From: a bacterium
GTDB taxonomy: Bacteria > Electryoneota > RPQS01
Assembly (NCBI GenBank): GCA_016702305.1
Contig: JADJEH010000001.1
Span: 395,797-459,796 of the forward strand
Reading direction: 5' to 3'
Length of the DNA: 64,000 nucleotides
The notes under the pieces were generated by a model that worked only from the letters and a program-made list of their open reading frames with translations, was not told the DNA's origin and made no database searches. The position numbers and the translations under genes were made by a program. Below are positions 1 through 9,327 of this stretch, piece after piece. How positions within the stretch are numbered: the stretch's first letter is position 1; the number at the start of each line of letters is the position of its first letter.

Positions 1-1431
1 CGCTCGGCAGGTTGATTCGGCTCGGGCGGAAGTCTGAACGCCGAAAACTGACCGTCAATTCTCTGCGTGATCTGGTAGAACCGCGATACAGGTGCGGTCG
101 GATTCTCAGTATCCGTGTAAGTCCGCAAAGTCGTCGAATCAATCACAGCATACGGTCCGTTCGTACTTGCCGCCCGATGGATGTAGTACATTGAACTGCT
201 GTCCGATTGCCAGTTGAGCAGGGGTGGGTTGGCAGGTAGGATCGTAAGGAGCGGCAGCACAGTAAAGGTGTCCACTATCATAGAGCCCCAGACACCGCGC
301 TCATCCTCGAAGCGGACTGCGATCCAGTATTTGCCCCCGGGAATGTGTTCAATGCTGTCCGTGATCGTTTCAAACGCACTATCCCAGTTACCGTCCGTTG
401 GAAGCGGAATCGGCACACCGGCACCCGGGCCCGGATCGTAGTTTAGGAAATACTCGGCAGCAACCAGCGTGTTCCCCGCAGCCGCTTGAATCGGGGAGAC
501 GACATAAAATAGTCGCGCTTCCGACGGCCCCCAAACATCGCGGTTATCCTTGAATCGAATCCCGACTTGATGCAAACCGACACTGAGCGCATTGAACGGC
601 AAATCCACATCCACAATGGGCGACGCACCAGACTCGACAGCTATGCTTGTCCCGTTCCCTGCACCCGGATCCGTGTCAAGCCAGTATTCCGCGGCCACGA
701 TGTCATTGGCTGTGGTATTCCCAAGAACGTAAAACAGGCGCACTTCACTCGAGCCCCAAATATTCCGGTCATCCTTGAATCGCACGCCCAATGCGTGAAG
801 ACCAATGCCAAGCGCTTCAAACGGCAGGCTGACGGCAATATTGGGTGACGGTCCCGGTGCCACTATGAACGGCGATCCGTTTCCCGCGCCGGGATCAGAA
901 TCAAGCCAATACTCGCCAGCGGTAACATTGACGGCCTCGGCATTCGAAAGGACATAGAACAAGCGCACTTCATTGAGCCCCAGATATTCCGGTCATCCTT
1001 GAACCGCACACCCAAGGTGTGCAGACCAATGCCAAGCGCTTCAAACGGCAGGCTCACGGCAATATTCGGGGATGGTCCTGGTGTGACGGTAAACGTTGTT
1101 CCGTTTCCGGCACCGGGATCTGTGTCAAGCCAGTACTCACCGGCACTGACATCTGTGGCAATGGTCCCCGCGAGTACATAGTAAAGCCGCACTTCGGATG
1201 AACTCCATAGGTTCCGGTCATCGCGAAACCTCGTGCCGATGGTGTGTAAACCAATCGGCAAGGCGCTGGCATCAACAGTCCCCGAGAACGTGGGCTCACT
1301 TCCCGGGACAACCGTCAGCGGATTACCGTTCCCTGCGCCGGGATCCGTGTCAATCCAATACTCACCGAGTTAATCTGTTGCGCCCATGCTGCCGAGGCAA
1401 CAAACAGAAGAGTAAACAAAACGCGCCGCAT
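1..1431 (-). pseudogene. Secreted tandem-repeat surface protein (75-aa EYWxDxDPGAGNG repeats plus Fn3-like tail); 3' end runs off the window; frame broken twice
   Basis: Minus-strand ATG at 1431-1429 opens a signal peptide (MRRVLFTLLFVASAAWAQQ). Downstream, 4-5 tandem repeats (GEYWLDTDPGAGNG..LPFEALGIGLHTLGVRFKDDRNIWGSSEVRLFYVL) and a tail (LLNWQSDSSSMYYIHRAASTNGPYAVIDSTTLRTYTD) stay open to position 1. This needs 1 nt restored near 1366 and near 974 (GGCTCA-ATGAAGTG at 974 versus GGCTCGAGTGAAGTG in the next copy). The ORF track lists only the piece 863..1261. Confidence 0.6.
255..1366 (-). repeat. Tandem in-frame coding repeat, about 225-nt (75-aa) period, four clear copies plus a degenerate fifth
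   Basis: Copies begin (minus strand) at 1366, 1141, 917 and 692 at the GEYW/AEYW codons. Copies 2 and 3 are also near-identical at DNA level: accaatgccaagcgcttcaaacggcagg occurs at 801 and 1025, spaced 224 nt because of the 1-nt gap near 974. A diverged fifth copy (AEYFLNYDPGPGAG) starts near 458. Confidence 0.75.
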
Positions 1432-2517
1432 CAGTACCCCGCACCAATTCTGCCGGTTGCTTGAATTGGCAACTGTTGGCCTGCGGTCATAGAGGAAGGC
1501 ACATCAAACGCTATCGTAAATGGATAGTTCGGTGCACCGCCATCCACATGCGGTGTCGGGCCGCCGTAGATACCCATGTCGGAACGTGAGCCATCTACTA
1601 AGTCAAGTATTGCAGGATCACCTGCGTCAATACACGGAGAACCGGCGGCAAGTTGGAGATCACTAACGCCGTAAATGTAGTTGGCCGTTTCGTCGTAGTT
1701 CACAAAGGGATCACCCGTAAGCAAAATGCCGTTTGCACCCGGAGGTGCGATTGTGGATGACGCGTTGTACGACCAGCCCGTACCGCCCCCCGGGAAGGTG
1801 CCCCATGTCGGACTGGACTTCCAATCATACGCAACTACATTTCGAATCACTAGAGAAAGCGGATTATGGAAATCCAAGAACACGTTCCAACCAACTGCGC
1901 AAGAGTTCTCCATTGAGAATGACTGAGGAGTACCGGTAGCAACGTAGTTGTTACTTCCTACCGACGATGGCGACGTCAAAGGCAATTGGCAACTTCCACT
2001 TCATCACCTTGAAAGTTGAACGCAACCCCGATGCCAGATGGGCGGGATTCAAAAATGCAACTTTCGATTTTCAGATGTCCTCCCGCAGTTGCGTTCCGGT
2101 AGATACAATAAGTATATACGGAATTGCCGGTGTATTGGTTAATCACATAGCACCGCCGGATGCTAATCAGATCAACCGATCCGGCCAAATTCAGTACGCC
2201 CCCGCTGCTGTTACTATTTATGAACCCAAGCCCTCGACTCTAGTCCCACTTGATCCAGCATTGAGAATCAGGCGTCCATTAACCGTACAAATAACATACC
2301 CCGCACCCAACCAATGCAAACTCTTCGTGGACGTGATCGTCTCCGAATAGACTCCAGGCGAAATCAACAGAGTGTCTCCATTGACTGCCGCAGTATATGC
2401 CGCGCTCAAGGTCGTGTAAATCTGATTCAACCCCACGCGCCGGATGCCCGCTGAGGCGTCGCTGGAACAAAGTGCAACTACAAACAAGATTAGTGCGTAG
2501 ACTCTTAGCCGTTTCAT
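1431..2517 (-). pseudogene. Secreted right-handed beta-helix (pectin-lyase-fold-like) protein, split into three ORFs by two 1-nt deletions
   Basis: ATG at 2517 with GGAGA just upstream gives the signal peptide MKRLRVYALILFVVALCSSDASAG. ORFs 2218..2595, 1976..2188 and 1431..1985 are consecutive pieces, each shifted by one frame. Restoring a T near 2223 (GGTTCA to GGTTTCA) and a C near 1981 (TGCCTTT to TGCCCTTT) gives continuous ..TRVEGLGFINSNSSGG.. and ..VEVANCPLTSPSS... The C-terminal part carries LQLAAGSPCIDAGDP..DGSRSDMGIYGG, typical of beta-helix proteins. The stop overlaps the next gene's ATG (TGATG at 1433-1429). Confidence 0.6.
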
Positions 2518-2822
2518 GGATTCTCCATTGTGATAATAGTGGTGTCCCGTGCCGATGCCAAGTTCCATCTTAGCAAGAAAAATACGCGAATTCAAGCATT
2601 TTTGAGTCCAAATAAATATGGATAAGTTAAGTACACTAAGATCGCTGTGAGAATAATGTTAATCAGAGCCTTTCAACAAGAACCGCTGGAGCTTCGGGAG
2701 GACGTTCAGCTATGCTATTCCCCCAAGTTGATTTTCCCCCAAAATTCCCCCATATTACCTCCGAACGCATGACCTGCGCCGCCTCTGGGCGGCGCTGTTA
2801 TTTCCATAACACGCCTTAACTT

Positions 2823-4599
2823 ATGACCTCCCGTACCCATACCTGCGGAGCACTCCGCAAAGCCGACGACGGCCAAAAAATCGTCCTGCAAGGCTGGGTC
2901 GCCCGCGCCCGCGACCTCGGGGGACTCGTCTTCATTGACCTGCGCGACCGCTACGGCAAGACCCAAGTCGTCGTCGAGCCCGAACAGGCCGCCGTCATCG
3001 CCACCGCGCACGAACTCAAAAACGAGTGGGTCATCGAGGTTCACGGGACCGTGCGCACGCGCCCGGAAGGCATGCGCAACAGCGACCTGCCCACTGGCGA
3101 AATCGAAGTCGTCGCCACCGGGATTGAAGTCCTGAACCGCTGCCCCGAACTCCCGTTCCAAATCGAATCGCACGACAAAGCGTCCGACGAGATTCGCCTG
3201 AAATACCGCTACCTCGACCTGCGCCGCAACGAGCTGCAAGAAGTGCTCATCCTGCGTCACAAAGTCGCCAACATCGCGCGTAACCACTTCAGCGAATTGG
3301 GCTACATCGAAGTCGAAACGCCGATCTTGGTCAAGAGCACACCCGAAGGTGCGCGCGACTATGTCGTCCCCTCGCGCGTCTTCCCGCATCAGTTCTACGC
3401 GCTCCCGCAGTCGCCGCAAATCTACAAACAGATTCTGATGGTCGCGGGCTTCGACAAGTATTTCCAAATCTGCAAATGCTTCCGCGATGAAGACCTGCGC
3501 AGCGACCGCCAGCCCGAGTTCACCCAAATTGACGTGGAGATTTCCTTTGCAACGCGCGACATCGTCTTCAACGTCGTCGAAGAACTCTGGGTCAAAATCC
3601 TCCGCGACGTTTGGGGTGTGGACCTGCCGATTCCGCTGCCACGCTTGGCCTACAATGACTGCCTCGAGCACTACGGTTCCGATAAGCCCGACCTGCGCTA
3701 CGATCTGAAATTCGAGAACCTCACCGAAGTCGTCAAGAGCACCGAGTTCCGCGTCATTCGCGGCGCACTCGATGAGGGTGGCGTCGTCTACGGTTTGCGC
3801 GTACCCGGTCAAGGTGAAATTTCGCGCAAGCAAATCGGCGAAGTAGAAGAACTCGCCAAAGCCAGCGGCCTCGGCGGCATTCTTGCCTGTGAAGATCGGC
3901 GCCGAAGGTTTCAGCGGTGTGCTCGCGGGTAAAGTCGAAGATGCAACGCTGAAAGAGATCGCCGCAAAACTCAAAGGTCAGGCAGGCGATTTGTTGTTAC
4001 TCGGAGTGGGGAAGAAGAGCCAACTCCTGAAAGGCCTCGGCGTTCTCCGCATCAAACTCGCCGAGTATTTCAAGCTTTTCGATCCCGCCGACCATCGCAA
4101 AGTCTCGATGTTCTGGGTCGTGGATTTCCCGCTCTTCGAAAAAGACGAAGAGACCGGCGAAGTCTCACCCGCGCATCACCCCTTCACCGGATTTCATCCC
4201 GACGACGCGCACAAGCTCGACAGCGAGCCGTGGAACGTCCGCAGCACGTCCTACGATTTGGTGATGAATGGCAATGAACTGCTCTCCGGTTCGATTCGTA
4301 TTCACGACCCCGAAATCCAGGCCAAAATCTTCCAAATGCTCGGCATTTCCGACGAAGAAGCCAAGATGCGTTTCGGCTTCCTCGTGGATGCCCTGAAGTA
4401 CGGCGCGCCGCCCATGGGAGGCTTTGCCTTAGGCTTCGACCGGATGATCATGGTCCTGACCAACCGCCCCATCCGGGACGTCATTGCCTTCCCGAAGACG
4501 ACGCTGGCGCAATCCCTGATGGATGGCTGTCCCTCGCCGGTAGATCCTAAGCTCTTGTCAGACTTGAAGATCGGCCTAACGGGGACGCCCGGCCGGTAG
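2823..4599 (+). CDS. aspS: Aspartate--tRNA ligase, interrupted by one frameshift near 3880-3886 (ORFs 2823..3932 and 3883..4599)
   Basis: The N-terminal ORF has the OB-fold anticodon-binding start (GALRKADDGQKIVLQGWVARARDLGGLVFIDLRDRYG) and class II motifs (FYALPQSPQIYKQILM, FRDEDLRSDRQPEFTQID). The second ORF continues with the GAD insertion and the C-terminal catalytic part (HHPFT, GGFALGFDRMIMVL). The junction reads ..KASGLGGIL / PVKIGAEGFSG.. if one nt is removed. AspRS is essential, so a sequence error is at least as likely as true decay. Confidence 0.85.
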
Positions 4600-4672
4600 A
4601 GCGTTAAGCCTGGGGATGGGGGGCCATTTCTGTTGCGCAACTCATACATTTACAGTATCCTAACCGAACTGG

Positions 4673-4708
4673 CGCGCGCTGGAGAAATAATATTCCGGCG
4701 CGCGTTTT
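4673..4708 (+). terminator. Rho-independent terminator after aspS
   Basis: An 11-bp stem (cgcgcgctgga at 4673-4683 pairing with tccggcgcgcg at 4694-4704, one G-U pair), a 10-nt loop, then TTTT at 4705-4708. Confidence 0.65.
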
Positions 4709-4917
4709 ATTGACAAGAGGCCTGTTTTTTGTTACCTTTAATCAGGTGGACCGTTGTATGAAGGGAAATTTCGGGAATTTTTCGCCCGCACTGAGTGGAT
4801 AAGCCCAAACAGATATTGGATCGAGTGTGATTAGGGTACCTCCGTGGGCGCATGCGCCACACGCGAGGTATTTTTTGTGCGATGAACCAAAGGAGATGAA
4901 CTCTGAGCCACCGACCA

Positions 4918-6006
4918 TTGGCCGCTGATCCGCAGAGCCCGCAGGATTTCATCGAGATCGTCGAACTCCCCGTTGAGGAGGGAGTCCTGCGGCCGTTCCT
5001 GGGTCCCAACGATGACAACCTGCGCTACCTGCAGCGCCACATTGCTTCGAAAGTAACAGCGCGGCGCGAAAAGGTGTTGATTCGCGGCACGCAGAACGAC
5101 AACCTTGAAGCCGTCGAGATTATCATGGAACTCGTCGGCATCACGCGCAAAAACGGACAGCTGCAGCGCGGCGATATTGACCGCATTCTGAATCTCAACG
5201 GCAGCGCCGCGGCGCGCGAACTGCACGCCGATACGGATGCGCCGTTTGCCGCGATGTTCCGCGCGGGCGACCGCGCTTTTAAGCCGCGCACGAGCGGACA
5301 AAACGAGTATTGGGAAGCGATCCAGCGCAACGACATCACGTTTGCCTTCGGACCGGCGGGAACCGGCAAGACGTTTATCGCCGTGGTCTGCGCCGTGCAG
5401 ATGTTTCAAGCCGGGAAGTTCGACCGCATCGTGCTGGTGCGGCCAGTTGTGGAAGCAGGCGAGAGCCTGGGCTTCCTGCCGGGCGACGTGCGCGAAAAAG
5501 TTGATCCATATTTCCGACCCTTGTACGACGCGCTGATGAAGATGATTCCCGGCGACCGGCTGCGCAAACTGCTCGACCGGCAGATCATCGAAATCGCGCC
5601 GCTGGCGTACATGCGCGGACGCACACTCGACAATGCGTTTCTGATTATGGACGAAGCGCAGAACACGACAGCCGGACAGATGAAGATGTTTCTGACGCGT
5701 TTGGGCGAAGGCTCGAAGGCCGTTATCACCGGCGATCTGACGCAGATTGACCTGCCGCGCCGAAATGAAAGCGGCTTATTGGGCATCGAACACATCCTGC
5801 TGAACATCGAAGGCATCGAATTCGTTAAATTGAAAAACTCCGACGTCGTGCGCCATCCGCTCGTGGCGCGCATCGTGGGAGCGTATGACCGTTTTCTGAA
5901 GCCGAACACTGACGCGAGCGGCGTCGCAACCTCCGAACAAGGCGAAGCTCTCGGCCGATTGCCGGAACATCCGCGCACTCCGTCGTCCTCCACCTCCGAT
6001 GACTGA
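4918..6006 (+). CDS. phoH: PhoH-like ATPase (YbeZ family)
   Basis: Walker A GPAGTGKTFIAV, LVRPVVEAGESLGFLPGD, LIMDEAQNTT, AVITGDLTQIDLP. It sits in the conserved phoH-ybeY-corC order. The start (TTG 4918) is uncertain. Confidence 0.85.
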   Translation: MAADPQSPQDFIEIVELPVEEGVLRPFLGPNDDNLRYLQRHIASKVTARREKVLIRGTQNDNLEAVEIIMELVGITRKNGQLQRGDIDRILNLNGSAAARELHADTDAPFAAMFRAGDRAFKPRTSGQNEYWEAIQRNDITFAFGPAGTGKTFIAVVCAVQMFQAGKFDRIVLVRPVVEAGESLGFLPGDVREKVDPYFRPLYDALMKMIPGDRLRKLLDRQIIEIAPLAYMRGRTLDNAFLIMDEAQNTTAGQMKMFLTRLGEGSKAVITGDLTQIDLPRRNESGLLGIEHILLNIEGIEFVKLKNSDVVRHPLVARIVGAYDRFLKPNTDASGVATSEQGEALGRLPEHPRTPSSSTSDD

Positions 6007-6457
6007 TCAACCTCCCCCGCGCAGGCGCGCGCGAGGCACTCTCGAATTCTATTCTGAGATTCCCCGCGCGCGCGTGCGCAAACAGTACGCGCTGGACTGC
6101 GCCGGCAGCGCCACGCGCCGCATCACCCAATCCGTCGGCACTATTCGATTCGTGCTTGTGAATGATCGCAGGATGGCGAAGCTCCATCGCGATTTTCTCA
6201 GTACACCGGGTACGACCGACGTTATTACCTTCAACCTCACCGATCCCGGCGCGGCGCTGGAAGGCGAGATCTACATCTGTCTCGATCAGGCTCGACGGCA
6301 GGCGCGCCAGTATCGCGTGCCGCTGTACCAGGAGATCGCGCGGCTGGCGACGCATGGCGTCTTGCATTTGGCGGGGCTCGATGACGCAACGCCGCGAGAG
6401 CGCGCCGCGATGCGCAAGCTCGAAGACCGCGCGCTCGGACTGCGAGGCCGAACATGA
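5999..6457 (+). CDS. ybeY: rRNA maturation endoribonuclease YbeY
   Basis: 152 aa, with metal-site motif THGVLHLAGLDD (canonical form is HGxLHLxGxDH) and the position after phoH. The ATG overlaps the phoH 3' end. Confidence 0.8.
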   Translation: MTDQPPPRRRARGTLEFYSEIPRARVRKQYALDCAGSATRRITQSVGTIRFVLVNDRRMAKLHRDFLSTPGTTDVITFNLTDPGAALEGEIYICLDQARRQARQYRVPLYQEIARLATHGVLHLAGLDDATPRERAAMRKLEDRALGLRGRT

Positions 6458-7752
6458 TTGACGCCTACGTGTTGTGGAGTGTCGTCGTATTCTTCCTGCT
6501 GCAAATTGTGGCGGCGTTCTTCTCGCTGGCTGAGACCGCGCTGCTGTCGCTGACGCGCTCCCAGATTAGCGAAATCAAGGAGCTGGCGGAAGAAAACGTG
6601 CATGCCGCGCGGCTCGACAGGCTGCTCGGTGATCCGCGCCGGTTCCTGATTTTCATTTTGGCGGGCAACACGGTTGTGAACGTGCTGTCGGCCACCGTGG
6701 CGGCTTTGGCGACATCGCATATCCTTGAGGGAAACAGCGACCTTGAATGGATCATCTACGTCGTCCAGGGCGTGGCCGTGGCGGCGGTGCTGCTGATCAT
6801 GGGCGAGATTCTGCCGAAATTCACGGCCGTGCGCAATCCTTACGCTTGGTCGCTGCGTATCGCCACGCCGCTGGCGTTCTTCAACACGCTTCTGTGGCCG
6901 GTCACGGCGCTGATGGTGCCGGTGGCGGAGTGGGTGGCGCGCGCGTTAGGAGTCGAGAAAAAGAAGTTGTGGATCTCGGAAGAAGAGATCAAGACGCTGT
7001 TGGAAGTCGGCGAAGAGCGCGGCACGCTTGAAAAGGCCGAGCGCGACATGATCCATTCAATTTTTGAATTGGGCGAGATCACGGTGCGCGAAATCATGGT
7101 CCCGCGCACCGATATGATTGCGATTGACGTGTCGAGTCCGTTGACCAAAGTTCTGGACGTCTCGCGCACGAGCGGCCATTCGCGTCTGCCGGTATTCGAG
7201 GAGCGGATTGACAACGTCATCGGTATTCTGCACGTCAAGGACCTAATGCAATTCTATCCGTTTGACAAAGAGGTGGATTTGCGCAAGGTCCTGCGGCCCG
7301 CGCAGTTTGTGCCGGAGGCCAAGACGATTGACGAGCTGCTCAAGCAGTTTCAAGAGCAGCGGATTCACATGTCCATCGCGGTGGACGAATACGGCGGCAC
7401 GGCGGGGCTGGTGACACTCGAAGACGTGATTGAAGAAATCGTCGGCGAGATACAGGACGAGCACGACGCCGAACGCGCGCTGTGGACGCGGATTGATGAA
7501 GAGACCGTGCTGATTGACGCGAAGGTGGACGTGGAGACGGTCAACGAGGTGCTGGGTGAGGACGTGATTCCGATTGACGACGACTTTGACACGCTGGGCG
7601 GATTCTTGTTATCCGAACTCGGCGATTTCCCGCTGGCGCAGACGCGCATCGAATTTCACAACTATGAGTTCGTGGTCGAAGAGGTGCGCCACCATCGGTT
7701 GGGCCGCATCCGCGTGATCCGACGCACGGCCATCGAAGATACAGACGCATGA
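6454..7752 (+). CDS. Hemolysin/CorC-family membrane protein (DUF21/CNNM TM domain + CBS pair + CorC_HlyC domain)
   Basis: Hydrophobic N-terminal third, a CBS-pair region (VREIMVPRTDMIAIDV.., GILHVKDL), and a C-terminal transporter-associated domain (GGFLLSELGDFP..FHNYEFVVEEVRHHRLGRIRV). It overlaps ybeY by 4 nt. Confidence 0.8.
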   Translation: MIDAYVLWSVVVFFLLQIVAAFFSLAETALLSLTRSQISEIKELAEENVHAARLDRLLGDPRRFLIFILAGNTVVNVLSATVAALATSHILEGNSDLEWIIYVVQGVAVAAVLLIMGEILPKFTAVRNPYAWSLRIATPLAFFNTLLWPVTALMVPVAEWVARALGVEKKKLWISEEEIKTLLEVGEERGTLEKAERDMIHSIFELGEITVREIMVPRTDMIAIDVSSPLTKVLDVSRTSGHSRLPVFEERIDNVIGILHVKDLMQFYPFDKEVDLRKVLRPAQFVPEAKTIDELLKQFQEQRIHMSIAVDEYGGTAGLVTLEDVIEEIVGEIQDEHDAERALWTRIDEETVLIDAKVDVETVNEVLGEDVIPIDDDFDTLGGFLLSELGDFPLAQTRIEFHNYEFVVEEVRHHRLGRIRVIRRTAIEDTDA

Positions 7753-8270
7753 CGATAAAAGAGAGAATCGGCTGGAAGCTCCTGCAGTGGCGCAAGCATG
7801 AGCCGCCCGACGGGCGCATATCGCTGCCGCACGCCGCGAAGGATGCGCGCTCGGCGTGTATTATTCTGCCCGCCAATTTCGACGACTTTGACGTCGTGCG
7901 CACGATTCTGCCTGAGCTGCTGATCCGCCTGATTGACGCGAAGACGACGATCTGGGTGCGGGAAAATTTCCGCAGTTGGCTGATCATCAACGAATCGTGC
8001 ACCGTGATCAACTATGATCCGGCCGATGCGACGCGGTTTGGTTTGCCGGACGCGGGGACGCTGCGGCATGCGCGGGCCCAGGAGTTCGATCTGTTGCTGG
8101 ATTTATCGCTGACGCCGGACCTGTACGTCGCGGCGCTGGTCAACGAAGCGCGTGCGACGACTAAGGTCGCGCTGGCGCATCCGAACACGCAGAGCCTCTA
8201 CAATCTGTTGGTCGAGAGCCAATCGGAAGACCGCGGGCGGCGAGTGCTGGCGCTGTTGAATTATTTGTAA
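7749..8270 (+). CDS. Hypothetical protein (173 aa), translationally coupled to the corC-like gene
   Basis: Open frame with a 4-nt overlap (ATGA) on the upstream stop. I recognise no motif. Confidence 0.5.
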   Translation: MTIKERIGWKLLQWRKHEPPDGRISLPHAAKDARSACIILPANFDDFDVVRTILPELLIRLIDAKTTIWVRENFRSWLIINESCTVINYDPADATRFGLPDAGTLRHARAQEFDLLLDLSLTPDLYVAALVNEARATTKVALAHPNTQSLYNLLVESQSEDRGRRVLALLNYL

Positions 8271-8540
8271 GCAGGGGAGAGGGGGCACCCGCAGCGGGTG
8301 CCGCCGCGGGAAAACATGCGGTGCCTGTTTCGCATGCTGCGCTTATCATCTTGTTTTTGTTCGGTTTTCGGAAGATCCATGCGGTCTCTTCTTTGACGAC
8401 GATTCCCAATGTTTGATCTCCTAAACTTGGCTGCCGGATTATCCAATTGGGTTCATGCCGCGACATCCACAAAAGCAAACTTTTGTTGACGCTTGTGTCG
8501 TGGGCTTCGTGATTTCGTTTACCCCTGTAAGTTGAGTACC

Positions 8541-9263
8541 ATGGTTGGCTTAAACGATTCAATTGAAGTCCGCGCCCGCGTTGTCAACGCAAGTTCAAGC
8601 CCTCTCGTAATCACGAGTTTGAACATTGAGTCATGGTTCCGCTGTGCAGTTTTCGAAATTGGCGACAAGATTGAAACGTCCATTCCACTTGCGAGTGCGC
8701 CATTTGTCAATTGGCGCGTCCGTCGTTGGCAGGACATTGAAGGCGAATTGGGTCGCCCCGATACAATCAAAGCCGACCAAGAGTACATGATGATCCTCGA
8801 CGTCTGGGACGTCCCCGAAGGAAAGTACCAACTCGGCATTCTCGGTACCGATTCGGTGCCGTCGTGGTTCGACGTCATGCCGTCGAGCGGATTCTATCAT
8901 CTTTTGCCCGCGCAAGACCTCGCCGACTCGATCAATGCCTGGGCGACCATCGCCGAGCGCGTCATGGCGGATGGCAATCCCGGAGGTGCCGCGCAGTGGC
9001 TTGATTCGATCTTTACCCACGACAGCAAGTCACTGGTCGGCTACTACCAACAAGCGAAGTACTGTTGGGCCAAAGAGGACAGCGTCAACACCGTCGCCTC
9101 TTTTGATTCCGTGCTGCAACGCATCAAGAACTGGGACGACCCCGCGCTGCCAGACACAACCGACCCGATCTACGACAACATATATCTGAAGTGGAAACAC
9201 TTCATGCACGACCTGACCACCCGCGAACGAGAGATCTACATCAATTGCCCGGAGTTGAGGTAG
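8541..9263 (+). CDS. Hypothetical protein
   Basis: The ORF track gives 8493..9263. I prefer ATG 8541 (MVGLNDSIEV..) because 8493-8540 follows a long AT-richer non-coding stretch. No signal peptide or recognisable family. Confidence 0.45.
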   Translation: MVGLNDSIEVRARVVNASSSPLVITSLNIESWFRCAVFEIGDKIETSIPLASAPFVNWRVRRWQDIEGELGRPDTIKADQEYMMILDVWDVPEGKYQLGILGTDSVPSWFDVMPSSGFYHLLPAQDLADSINAWATIAERVMADGNPGGAAQWLDSIFTHDSKSLVGYYQQAKYCWAKEDSVNTVASFDSVLQRIKNWDDPALPDTTDPIYDNIYLKWKHFMHDLTTREREIYINCPELR

Positions 9264-9327
9264 ACGAGGCCGCCCTTCGTCCCCCTGATTCCGCAGCCGG
9301 ACTTGGGGGATAGCAGAATAGAATGCA

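Noticed and set aside
255-1366. Regular 225-nt periodicity, considered as a CRISPR-like or satellite array
   Set aside because: The period is far too long and the units are in-frame protein repeats with conserved amino-acid motifs. There is no spacer/repeat structure.
974-2223. Homopolymer-associated frameshifts, considered as phase-variation switches
   Set aside because: The tracts are only 2-3 nt long, far below the lengths that slip at useful rates. An essential gene (aspS) is also affected. Sequence error or simple decay is more parsimonious.
2776-2795. A GC hairpin (gcgccgcc-tctg-ggcggcgc) 28 nt upstream of aspS, considered as a T-box or attenuator
   Set aside because: It is too short and lacks specifier, T-box or antiterminator elements and a proper U-tract. 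It is possibly just a leader hairpin, so I do not claim it as a regulatory feature.
2715-3974. A 419-aa minus-strand ORF opposite aspS. Similar long antisense ORFs lie opposite porV-ompA (39323..40372), the epimerase (52730..53758), hddA (54139..55116) and the 5' half of the PorV-OmpA downstream genes
   Set aside because: The sense strands carry unmistakable conserved motifs. The antisense translations are low-complexity and are aligned to the sense codons.
4847-4858. A perfect 12-nt palindrome GGCGCATGCGCC in the phoH leader
   Set aside because: Short GC palindromes of this kind are expected by chance in GC-rich DNA, and no partner site or associated regulator is present.
4896-4928. A mini-ORF, ATG 4896 (MNSEPPTIGR*), directly abutting AAGGAG upstream of phoH, considered as the true phoH start with another frameshift
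   Set aside because: The SD-like AGGAG touches the ATG (zero spacing), which is non-functional geometry. No homology argument is available for the first residues of PhoH. I kept TTG 4918 and flagged the uncertainty.
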